A stretch of DNA of 51,223 nt. Source: a virus. Lineage: Duplodnaviria > Caudoviricetes. The stretch lies in IMG/VR virus record IMGVR_UViG_3300044768_000011, positions 1 to 51,223 of that record; one strand, written 5' to 3'. Shown one piece after another: positions 22,703 to 31,156 of this stretch; the first letter of the stretch is position 1, and every line of letters starts with the position of its first letter. The position numbers and the translations under genes are program-made. The notes beneath the pieces are model-generated. The model was not told where the DNA came from. It saw nothing but the letters and a program-made list of their open reading frames with translations, and searched no databases.

Positions 22703-24064
22703 TTAGGTCGCTCTTTGCAGGGCCGCGTACTCGCTCGCGGGAAGGTCCCATGCCCATGCCTGTGCCTCCACCGCGGTACAGATCGACGCCGGGACTGTCT
22801 CTCCGTACCGGCGGACCGATCCGTCCCGGTCGGGGCTGGCGTTGACCATCAGCACGACCCGCACCCGTTCCCCGTAGATCTCGGCGGGGATGTCATACAG
22901 GCGCAGCTCGTTCGGGGCGTTCGCCGGGTCGGGCGCGGTGTCCACCAACTGGAGTCTCGCGTCAATAACGAAACGGTCCCAGCCCATCCGCTCGATCGCG
23001 CACCGCCGGATCTCCGTGTTCTCTTCCCGCATGATCCGGTTGGTGTCCCACCCGGTTTCGATCAGGTCGGCGGGGACGCGGACTCCGTGCCAGGAGTACA
23101 CGGCCCACCCGTCGGGCCAGACCATCGCTGGACCGTCGGGGTTGTGGAGGTTCCCTTCGGGGTCACGGTGCAGGGTCAGTGACCGGGGTGTCAGGACCGC
23201 GAAATCGCGGAAACACCACCAGAATCCCCCCCCCGCCTGGGCTATCTCCTGCTGCCCATGGATCGGCTCTAGTCCAGTGACACCGAGTTGTTCCATGGCG
23301 TCGAGATAGGAGTACCAGCCAGCGAGGTATTGGCCCCAGATGCGCCCGTTCCACCAGTTATTGATCCGGTCCTTGTATACCTGGGCGCCCACCTGGGCGC
23401 GCACCTGGGCGCGCACCTGGTCGCGCACCTGGGCGTCCACCTGGTCGTCCACCTGGGCGCCCACCTGGTCGTCCACCTGGGCGCGCACCTGGGCGCGCAC
23501 CTGGGCGCCCACCTGGGCGTCCACCTGGGCGTCCACCTGGTCGTACACCTGGTCGTACACCTGGGCGTCCACCTGGGCGCGCACCTGGTCGTACACCTGG
23601 GCGCGCACCTGGCCGTACACCTGGTCGTACACCTGGGCGTCCACCTGGGCGCGCACCTGGTCGCGCACCTGGTCGTACACCTGGGCGCCCACCTGGTCGT
23701 ACACCTGGTCGCGCACCTGGTCGTACACCTGGTCGCGCACCTGGCCGTACACCTGGTCGTACACCTGGGCGTCCACCTGGGCGCCCACCTGGGCGTCCAC
23801 CTGCGGTAGGCGGGCCAATGCTGCCGCAACAATCTCCGGAGCAACCGCCTGACCCAGGACCCCCGCCCCTGGCGAGTCCAGCCACATGATGAACGTGGGG
23901 GGCTGGAGGCCACCAGCCTTGTAGGCGGCGCGGACACCGTGCTCGGCTTTCACGCGGTCGGCGGGCCCGGTCGACAGGCCAATGCCTAACCATGTGTCGC
24001 GAGTGGTCGGGAGAACGGTTTCTTGCGCGACCGCGAGCTTGGTGATCGTGATCTTGCGTTTCAT
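22703..24064 (-). CDS. DUF6745-like protein with a central tetrapeptide repeat tract
   Basis: start MKRKIT (AAGGA RBS); LHNPDGPAM.WPDGW..YSWHGV, I..E.N.EIRR..IE.MG, VNASP..DG..RRY. Confidence 0.85.
   Translation of the reverse strand: MKRKITITKLAVAQETVLPTTRDTWLGIGLSTGPADRVKAEHGVRAAYKAGGLQPPTFIMWLDSPGAGVLGQAVAPEIVAAALARLPQVDAQVGAQVDAQVYDQVYGQVRDQVYDQVRDQVYDQVGAQVYDQVRDQVRAQVDAQVYDQVYGQVRAQVYDQVRAQVDAQVYDQVYDQVDAQVDAQVGAQVRAQVRAQVDDQVGAQVDDQVDAQVRDQVRAQVRAQVGAQVYKDRINNWWNGRIWGQYLAGWYSYLDAMEQLGVTGLEPIHGQQEIAQAGGGFWWCFRDFAVLTPRSLTLHRDPEGNLHNPDGPAMVWPDGWAVYSWHGVRVPADLIETGWDTNRIMREENTEIRRCAIERMGWDRFVIDARLQLVDTAPDPANAPNELRLYDIPAEIYGERVRVVLMVNASPDRDGSVRRYGETVPASICTAVEAQAWAWDLPASEYAALQRAT
23375..23803 (-). 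repeat. 35 tandem 12-bp repeats (Q-V-x-x)
   Basis: CAG GTG [GAC/GGC/TAC/CGC] [GCC/GAC/GGC]. Confidence 0.95.
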
Positions 24065-24105
24065 GGTGATCCTTCGGGGGCCGAACGGAGTAGCTGGCAT
24101 CGGGA

Positions 24106-24135
24106 ACGTTACATCGATATCACGCACCGTGTCTA
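24106..24135 (-). promoter_or_regulatory. promoter of the DUF6745-like cassette
   Basis: TAGACA-18 bp-TAACGT; same -35 hexamer as the promoters at 4152 and 4759. Confidence 0.6.
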
Positions 24136-24163
24136 CACTTCGTAGGTCATGCCCCCAAAACGA

Positions 24164-24198
24164 TGCCGACCCCCCCGCTGTCAGCAAGGGGGTCGGCA
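24164..24198 (-). terminator. terminator of the late/lysis operon
   Basis: tgccgaccccc/gggggtcggca stem followed by tcgtttt. Confidence 0.75.
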
Positions 24199-24238
24199 CA
24201 CCAACCGTTCCCGAAGAACACCGCGAGTATAACCCGCC

Positions 24239-24556
24239 CTAGATGACGTCCAGGAGAACCGCCAACGTGATCACGACAATGCACACCGCGGCCGCGATCA
24301 ACACGAGGGTCAGCTCACCGGCGCCCCGGTCGCCCTCCCCGACAAGGGACGGGGTGCCCTTGGTCTCGCCTACCTGCGAGGACGCCAGCGACGTCAGCAC
24401 CGACACGATGGCCGCTCCGACAGCCACCCCGACAGCCCTGCGCCAATCGACGGCGAACACGTCCGCGGCATCCGCGGCGAGGTACGTCGCGAGGACCTGC
24501 GCGGCCGTCTTGATCGACCGTTCGGCCGCGCCTTTCCAGAACTGGACAGTGAACAT
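24239..24556 (-). CDS. holin (r1t-like)
   Basis: MFT..FWK.AAERSIKTAAQ...VDW...VSVLTSLAS; extra C-terminal TM segment. Confidence 0.85.
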   Translation of the reverse strand: MFTVQFWKGAAERSIKTAAQVLATYLAADAADVFAVDWRRAVGVAVGAAIVSVLTSLASSQVGETKGTPSLVGEGDRGAGELTLVLIAAAVCIVVITLAVLLDVI

Positions 24557-24616
24557 GCGTGCCTCACTCTGTAGACGATGCCGGGCACCCCGGCGGGTCA
24601 CCACTAGTGCACCACT

Positions 24617-25063
24617 TCATCGGCCGATAACGGATATGACACCGAACACGAGCACCAACAGCACCGAAACGGCGCCGAGTACCGTTCCGGTCGTGAGCCG
24701 GGCATCGGTGAAACCATCCCGGCCGCCTTGTTGTTTCGACACAAAATCAGCGAGCGGTTTGACCGCGTTACTCATTTCCCGCAACGCCGCTAACAGCTGA
24801 TCCTGGGTGACGTAGATATTCCGTTCCGAGTTGATCTGCTCTCGCAGCTTATTCGCCTGCTCGTCCTTGTAGGTCTGGTCCGCGCGAGCCAATTGGAGGG
24901 CAGCCAGGTCAGCGGTTTCCTTGATCTTCAGGGCTTTCTCGCGTTCCACGGCGACCTCTGTGAGCCGCCGGTCCCGTTCGGCGTCGAACCTCTGATCGGC
25001 GTCCCGCAACGCCGCGAGATGTTCCTTCAGTGGTATCGCCAATGGTTCATCGCCGTCCGGCAT
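24617..25063 (-). CDS. lysis-cassette coiled-coil protein with C-terminal TM
   Basis: helical heptads, hydrophobic C-terminus. Confidence 0.7.
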   Translation of the reverse strand: MPDGDEPLAIPLKEHLAALRDADQRFDAERDRRLTEVAVEREKALKIKETADLAALQLARADQTYKDEQANKLREQINSERNIYVTQDQLLAALREMSNAVKPLADFVSKQQGGRDGFTDARLTTGTVLGAVSVLLVLVFGVISVIGR

Positions 25064-25506
25064 CAGGGTGCCCGCCCGAGCAGGTCACGGGACGCGTGGT
25101 CACCCAGATGCCGGGCGAGGTCGCGGCGTATCTCCCGTAGCTCGGTGGCCTGTGCGGTCTGCCCGGCAACGAGGGTGCTCATCCCTTCGCGGGTGTCGGC
25201 TGCGAAGTCCCGCATTTCCTCCGCGAACCCGTTACTCGTTGGCTTCGACCGTTCGGCGGCGAGCTCCGCGTTCTGACTGGCCGTGTCGGCATTCGCGGAC
25301 ACAAGATCGATTTTCTCGTCGGTGGCGGTGGCCCGGGCGTCCTGCTCGACGGCGCGGATCTTCGCTTGCCGGCGCCCGTCCGCCCAGAGGGCGGCCTGGC
25401 CGAGGATGAACGCAATAACCAACCCGGCGATCCCCTGATCTTCCACGGCGGGTCTCCCTTTCCCATGCGTAAACCCCCGTACCGGCTGCTTCGGTACGGG
25501 GGTCAT
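25063..25506 (-). CDS. lysis-cassette membrane protein
   Basis: N-terminal TM then coiled coil; start uncertain. Confidence 0.65.
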   Translation of the reverse strand: MTPVPKQPVRGFTHGKGRPAVEDQGIAGLVIAFILGQAALWADGRRQAKIRAVEQDARATATDEKIDLVSANADTASQNAELAAERSKPTSNGFAEEMRDFAADTREGMSTLVAGQTAQATELREIRRDLARHLGDHASRDLLGRAP

Positions 25507-25516
25507 TCTGTCGCGA

Positions 25517-26353
25517 CTATTCGGGGACTGGAGGCGGAACGTCCCCTGTGTCCGCTAATGCAGCCGTGAGCTTCCCGAGCGCGTCCATGAATTCCGCGTG
25601 GTGGACTGCTTCCGCTTTTTCGATCCGGGCCAGCGCGGACGTGTTCGCGTCCTGGGTGCGTTCGAGGTCGACGATCGAACCGGCCAGGCTGGAGGGGGCA
25701 CCGTCGGGGGCATCGGGGTTCTTGTTCGCGATCGGCAGGGCCCCGACCGCCTTCGCGATCTTCGTAACGTCCTTGTCATCGATCATGTGGGGGATCTCCT
25801 TCGGAGGCTGGGACAGGTCACAGCTGGCGACATCTCTACGGAACTCGGTCATGTTGAACGTGGGGTCGGACTTCCGGCCGGGGGGTGCAGCGGTTTCCTT
25901 GTGCCCTCGAACGTCGCGTATGAGCACTTTCGGGAACTCATCGACCAGGGCCCTGCATAGACGTACGTACGATTCTCGCTGGCGGGGGGGCCAGTCCTGC
26001 GGGTCTCCCGGTACCCCTTCGGCCTCAGCTTCAATACCAATCGCGTGCGGGTTGGTGTATTCGACACGGAGGGACACCCCGGCGTGGTTGCACTTCCCCG
26101 CGGCGACGACATAGATCGTGCCGTCGACACCGAGCCCGTACTGGGCGAGGGGCCCCGGCAGCCGCAACCGGCCATCGCGGACGACCCGCAGCGACGGGAA
26201 GTTGCCGGGCGCACCGCCGTTCGCGGTGTGGTGGACGGTGATGGTGCGGATGTCGAACATGCCCCCGGGCCGGCCGCGGGTTTTCCAGCCAGCCACCTCG
26301 ATCACGGGGTAGCCGGTGCGCCGAGCGATCGTCGCGAGCGACGTGAGCATCAT
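25517..26353 (-). CDS. endolysin, N-acetylmuramoyl-L-alanine amidase (Amidase_2)
   Basis: HHTA, PGPLAQ, NHAG, IGIEAE, GHKE...RKSDP motifs. Confidence 0.92.
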   Translation of the reverse strand: MMLTSLATIARRTGYPVIEVAGWKTRGRPGGMFDIRTITVHHTANGGAPGNFPSLRVVRDGRLRLPGPLAQYGLGVDGTIYVVAAGKCNHAGVSLRVEYTNPHAIGIEAEAEGVPGDPQDWPPRQRESYVRLCRALVDEFPKVLIRDVRGHKETAAPPGRKSDPTFNMTEFRRDVASCDLSQPPKEIPHMIDDKDVTKIAKAVGALPIANKNPDAPDGAPSSLAGSIVDLERTQDANTSALARIEKAEAVHHAEFMDALGKLTAALADTGDVPPPVPE

Positions 26354-26532
26354 CGGTCGTCCTCCGGCCAGTCTTCCGGGAGCAACGAGATCTCATCGGA
26401 CTCGTCGGTGAAGTCGACGGTTTCCGGGTCGATCAGCACGCCGTCCGGTTGCCCGTCCGGGGTTTGGATCGCGGCCACCTCCGCCGGGTCGTCCGGATCA
26501 TGAGCGAGCGTCCGGCCGGTCACGGTACCCAC
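26350..26532 (-). CDS. small acidic hypothetical protein
   Basis: ATGA overlap with the endolysin. Confidence 0.5.
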   Translation of the reverse strand: MGTVTGRTLAHDPDDPAEVAAIQTPDGQPDGVLIDPETVDFTDESDEISLLPEDWPEDDR

Positions 26533-26960
26533 ACCTTGAACTCAGCGAGGGTGACCGGCAGAGGCTCGGACCCGTTGTGGTTGACCATCACCGCCAGCGG
26601 TTGGCCGGCCCGGATCATCATCGGCCACGAGAACACATGGAACTGGGCACCCGGCGTCGGCGCCCGGTCGTTCGTGGCTGTCGAGTCGATGTCAGCGGTG
26701 AACGGGTCACGGGTGAACCGGTGCAGGTACTGCGTGGGGGGTTTCACCATGTCCGTCGGGGCGGCGCCCCAGAACACCAGAGCCGACAGGATCGCGACAG
26801 CTGTCTGGTCGGGGGTGATCAGGGCACTGCCTGGTGAGTCGAGGTTGTTGGTGTCGTGCCAGCCTGGTGAGTCCGTTGACTCTTCATCGAACCGGAGCGC
26901 GGTGTACGTGTTCGGTGGAATCAGCTGTGGTGTTTTCACTATCAACGATACGAACGTCAT
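26520..26960 (-). CDS. putative minor tail protein (beta-sandwich)
   Basis: GGAGG RBS; last gene of the tail module. Confidence 0.65.
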   Translation of the reverse strand: MTFVSLIVKTPQLIPPNTYTALRFDEESTDSPGWHDTNNLDSPGSALITPDQTAVAILSALVFWGAAPTDMVKPPTQYLHRFTRDPFTADIDSTATNDRAPTPGAQFHVFSWPMMIRAGQPLAVMVNHNGSEPLPVTLAEFKVWVP

Positions 26961-26992
26961 TCTGTCCTCCCTGGTTGAGTGCGACTAGCATC

Positions 26993-29407
26993 TCACCGCT
27001 TCCGCAGGCGCCGCGCTTTCAGGCTGGCCAGGGACCGGGCGACCGTCCGGGAGAAACTATCGAGCTCCAGGCTAGCGCTCGCATTCGACGTCGAGTACTC
27101 CATCGACACGACCTTGAACACGGTCACCCCGTCGCGGGCGGTCGGGTTCAGCGAGTCGATCCGGGGTGCGACCCCACCGACCCGGATCAGGTACCCGGGC
27201 AGGATCTCCCACGGTTGGACCATCCGCCCTGTGTCGTTGTCGAGGATCGGGCGGGCCACGGTCAAGGTTCCCGCGTTCGGGGGGTAGCGGTGCTCGGCCA
27301 GGAAGTTGTCGCCGACGTAGATCGCGTTCAGGGATGACCCGGTTTCGTCGGACAAGTCGATCCAGTACCCGCGGGTGATGCCCGCGGCGGTGAGTTCGGG
27401 TACGGACTGGGTACGGATCGTGTTGCGGATACGGCCTGTCTGGTCTCTCCACCGCACATGTACCCGGTTGTACAAGTCGGATGCGGACCCGGGGGAGTCG
27501 AACCCGTCAATGGTGGTCGCGTCGTACCGGACGGTCGTCGGCCAAGGCGTGTACTCGAACCGGTACTTGCCAGCCTCGTTTGATTCCCACGCAGCCCATT
27601 TGAAACCAGGGTCGTACACCATCAGGTCGTCCAGAACCTGATCCGGTGAAACGCCGTCAGGGTAAGCCAACTGGTCGATGTCAACCCCCGATCCGATGAG
27701 GACCGCGTTCGCGCCGTCGTACTTCGGGAGGAACCGGCCGAGCATGTCAGCGATGACCTCCACGGGGTCAACGTTGTTCACCAGGTACGACGATGACGAG
27801 GTGATCGTTGTACCGTCGGCGTTCTTCAGGACCGCCCGGACGATGACGTCCCAGAAGTGTGCCCTGGCGAAAGCATCAGCTGGAGTGGATGAAACGTCGC
27901 GTTGGGCGCGGATACTGACGACGTTGGTGGAGGTGCCCCACACGTTGACCCCGTCGTCGGTGTCACCGACCTGAGCACCGATGATCCCCGGGGTGGTGAC
28001 CCAGTTCCACGTTTTCCCCCAGTTCGCGGTCGCGTCGGCGACTCGCCCAAACACAGCAACATGGTAGTTGGAGGACGCTCCGTCTTCGACGTGGTCAGCG
28101 CGGACCCGGGCAACGAATTGGCCCGCGTAGTAGAGGCTTCGGTAAATCCAGTCGCCTTTCCATGACGTCGGGACAGTCACCCCTTCTTCAGCGTAGATCT
28201 CCAGGGCGGGGTCGGCCTCCGTGGTGTCCTCGGGGTACTCCCCGAGTTCGGTCTTCGCTGCCCTGGTCGAATACCGTGACCGGTGCCATCTTTCAAGGGA
28301 CCGGTCGACGATGATGTACGGGGCGAACGTGTCCCGGGTGTGAGCGGCCGGTCCCATCGCTGTAATTTCCCATGTCTCACCGGTTTCCGACGCACCCCTA
28401 CCCGGGTCCTCCAACCATCCTTCCCAGATGACCCCACCATGGCGGGTGTCGTAGATATACACGTTCGCGAACAGCATCACGTCATCGGGTTGCGCCGACA
28501 GGGGCCGGTCCAGGGTGAACGACGCGGACGCGAATCCCCCCGGGACAAGGGTCCGGAACGTCACGTCCCGGGTCTGCGTTTCGATGTGCACATCGGTGCG
28601 GGACGACTTGATCCGCACCGCCAGCGGGATCGCCTGGGTCCTCACCGCGGCGATCGTCGGGTCCGGTGGGATCGGGAAGTCGGCGTCCGCAGCAAATGCG
28701 GTACCGGTACCCGTGGCCACCCCCGCCGTAGCGACCCCCAGGGCGGGGGTGCGGCTGAGAACAACCATGGCCGCGCTGATCTGATCAGCGCTACCCGATG
28801 TCGTGGTCCACGTCGAGATCGTTGTGGCCGGCGCAGTGACCGAGGCTGAACCAACGTGAATGGCGGCGCCGCCTCCACCGTTTCCGGATGTCGAGGGTGC
28901 ATCGATTTGATTGGTGCAGGCCACTGACGTCCATGTGCCGGTGCTGATGTTCCCGGCGGAGTCGCACGCGATGCACGCCAGCGCCAGGCCGTCCCTGGTA
29001 GCGGCCCCCGTGGTCCCGGTGTTCGTGGTCGTGACGGTCGACTCTGACGTGATGTTCGTTGCTGTTGTTGCGGCCAAGCCCCACGCCCCCGACCCCGCCT
29101 CGGACAACTCGAACAGTGCTGACGTGTTCCCGTTGGTTCCCCCGGTCGAGGCGAGCGTTGCGGCGACGGATGTTTCACCACCGGCCGCGGTCCCAAACAT
29201 GACGTACAACGACACCGACGCGGACGTCAGCTCAACGGGTTTCGTCCACCCTCCCGGGGGTGTGCACGCACCTGTGTTCTTGTCCCCGGCGATGAAAAAG
29301 ACCAGGAGGTTCCCGGCTGTCGCCGCGGTGATCGTCGAGGACGTGACGGTGGTCGAGGCGGGGAAGTTGTTCGCGAACACCGCCTGGACGATCGTGGGAA
29401 CCGCCAT
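26993..29407 (-). CDS. minor tail protein (hub/Tal-like) with extra N-terminal Thr/Ala/Gly-rich domain
   Basis: PGGFASASF.L, WEG.LEDP, NRV.VRW hub-like segments; position after the Dit-like gene. Confidence 0.8.
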   Translation of the reverse strand: MAVPTIVQAVFANNFPASTTVTSSTITAATAGNLLVFFIAGDKNTGACTPPGGWTKPVELTSASVSLYVMFGTAAGGETSVAATLASTGGTNGNTSALFELSEAGSGAWGLAATTATNITSESTVTTTNTGTTGAATRDGLALACIACDSAGNISTGTWTSVACTNQIDAPSTSGNGGGGAAIHVGSASVTAPATTISTWTTTSGSADQISAAMVVLSRTPALGVATAGVATGTGTAFAADADFPIPPDPTIAAVRTQAIPLAVRIKSSRTDVHIETQTRDVTFRTLVPGGFASASFTLDRPLSAQPDDVMLFANVYIYDTRHGGVIWEGWLEDPGRGASETGETWEITAMGPAAHTRDTFAPYIIVDRSLERWHRSRYSTRAAKTELGEYPEDTTEADPALEIYAEEGVTVPTSWKGDWIYRSLYYAGQFVARVRADHVEDGASSNYHVAVFGRVADATANWGKTWNWVTTPGIIGAQVGDTDDGVNVWGTSTNVVSIRAQRDVSSTPADAFARAHFWDVIVRAVLKNADGTTITSSSSYLVNNVDPVEVIADMLGRFLPKYDGANAVLIGSGVDIDQLAYPDGVSPDQVLDDLMVYDPGFKWAAWESNEAGKYRFEYTPWPTTVRYDATTIDGFDSPGSASDLYNRVHVRWRDQTGRIRNTIRTQSVPELTAAGITRGYWIDLSDETGSSLNAIYVGDNFLAEHRYPPNAGTLTVARPILDNDTGRMVQPWEILPGYLIRVGGVAPRIDSLNPTARDGVTVFKVVSMEYSTSNASASLELDSFSRTVARSLASLKARRLRKR

Positions 29408-29752
29408 CTACCGCTCGTTCCGTTCCAGAACGACGATGTCCGCGTCGCTGACGTCACCGGACACGGTGAACGTGATCGACTGTGTCCCCGGGTCGGCGAG
29501 CCTGCCGACCAACGCGAAGAACCGGGCGGCCCCCGGCGGGACCTCGATCTCCATGACCCTCGGACCGAGCCCGTCCGGGCCGTTCTCCGCGTCCCCGACC
29601 GTCACCGCCAGCGACACCTCGAACGTTCCCCGGTTACGGATGTGCCCCATACCGGTCTTGGACGCCGGCAGCACCATTGGCCCCAACACCAACGGCACAT
29701 ATGGAACACCTACCCCGCGGGGGCTGACCTTCTCGGCCGCGATCTCAGCCAT
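29408..29752 (-). CDS. small putative virion protein
   Basis: GAGGA RBS; resembles 36434..36775. Confidence 0.65.
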   Translation of the reverse strand: MAEIAAEKVSPRGVGVPYVPLVLGPMVLPASKTGMGHIRNRGTFEVSLAVTVGDAENGPDGLGPRVMEIEVPPGAARFFALVGRLADPGTQSITFTVSGDVSDADIVVLERNER

Positions 29753-29761
29753 GATGTCCTC

Positions 29762-31156
29762 TCACGTTGATGTCGGGCGGACGGACAGATACCGGGGCCA
29801 GTAGAACGGGGACACGGTGACAGTGGCTGACACGAGATCGCTCGTACTGTTCTGCGGTGACACGTCGTTGATGTACACGACCCGGTTGGTGATCCCCGGG
29901 GTGATCGTTGGGGGCCCGCCAACGAAGCCGGCGCTGGTGATGTCCGCGACTCGCCCGGACGCGTCCAGCCCGTACACCGATCGGCTGATCCCGTTGAACA
30001 CGAACGCGCTGGGTGAGCTTGTTCCCCACTTCACAATGCCGAGGCTGTCATCGGCGGGGACGAACAGGAGGTAGTCGCTGATGAACGCCCCGGAACCGCT
30101 GATCCGCCGGATCAGAACCGACAGGGGGATCCCGTTGATCTGCAAGCCCACACCCGTGGGGCCGTCGCTGATCGGGTCGAACCCCTCCGGGATCTGCACC
30201 AGCCCCAGGTCGGCCATCGTCAGGTAGGTGCCCCCGATGAGCTGGGTGACCACGCATTCAGTGTTGTTCACCGCTCGGACCCCGTGCCGCAGGATGATCC
30301 CGAAGCTTGCCCCGGTGTTCGCTCCCCAGCATCGCAGGAACACCCGGTAGGTGCCGCGGGCATCGACGCTGGGCGACGCGGGGAACGTGGCGGTGGACAG
30401 GCGGATCGCGCTCGTGGTGACGGTCGAGAACGACGTCGACGATGAGTTGTTCCCCGACCCCGAATAGATCGAGTTGTTCGCCAGGGTCGCGGTATCGGTG
30501 CCCTGGGTCATCGCCTCCGCCTGCAGCAGGAACGGCGCCGCCCCGATCGTCCCGCGGCGACGGACCGCCATCAGCGCTTGCTTACCGGTGACGGACGCGC
30601 CGGGGACCTTGACCATCAGCGGTGTTTCGACATCCCCCTGCACGGAGGCGATGTCGAAGAACTTCCCGTTACTCCCGGCCGCCGGGTCATTCGACACCAC
30701 GATCGGTGTCACCGTCACCGGTAGCCCCAGGGCGAACGGTTCCGCGAGGACCTGGACGGTGAACTCGAACAGGTCCAGCCCATGATCTATCTGCGGGTCG
30801 TAGTCGGGGGAACGGAACGTCCGGAAGTAGACAGCCGGGATCAGCGGCTCCGGTTGCCACCGGAGGATATTCGTTTCCCGGTCCAGTTCCCGATTGAGGA
30901 CCTGCACCGCGGTCGCCGCCGCGGTCGCCGACGTACCGTCATGCTGCAACCGGAGCGTGAGGACACGATTGTCGTACGCGGTGGCAGGGATGAACGCCCC
31001 GTCCTGCAACAGGGTCTGAGCGATCGACCGGCGCAACGGAGGGGGAGGTACCGCCGTCCCATTGAAGATCACCCGCCATGGGCTGGTCGTCAGGGACAGC
31101 CGGACCGCAGCGGAAGCGGACACGCTGTCAACGAATTCGATGACTTCCCCGGCCAT
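29762..31156 (-). CDS. minor tail protein (distal tail-like)
   Basis: follows the tape measure; AEPFALG and C-terminal YWPRYL. Confidence 0.8.
   Translation of the reverse strand: MAGEVIEFVDSVSASAAVRLSLTTSPWRVIFNGTAVPPPPLRRSIAQTLLQDGAFIPATAYDNRVLTLRLQHDGTSATAAATAVQVLNRELDRETNILRWQPEPLIPAVYFRTFRSPDYDPQIDHGLDLFEFTVQVLAEPFALGLPVTVTPIVVSNDPAAGSNGKFFDIASVQGDVETPLMVKVPGASVTGKQALMAVRRRGTIGAAPFLLQAEAMTQGTDTATLANNSIYSGSGNNSSSTSFSTVTTSAIRLSTATFPASPSVDARGTYRVFLRCWGANTGASFGIILRHGVRAVNNTECVVTQLIGGTYLTMADLGLVQIPEGFDPISDGPTGVGLQINGIPLSVLIRRISGSGAFISDYLLFVPADDSLGIVKWGTSSPSAFVFNGISRSVYGLDASGRVADITSAGFVGGPPTITPGITNRVVYINDVSPQNSTSDLVSATVTVSPFYWPRYLSVRPTST

Noticed and set aside
23375-23803. CRISPR array or diversity-generating retroelement
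   Set aside because: No spacers, cas genes, reverse transcriptase or template/variable repeat pair seen
23269-23993. Long ORFs in other frames over the 12-bp repeat (CTTR, GVRP, HLGA, TWAR)
   Set aside because: The repeat contains no stop codons in any frame; only the QVxx frame joins conserved flanking domains
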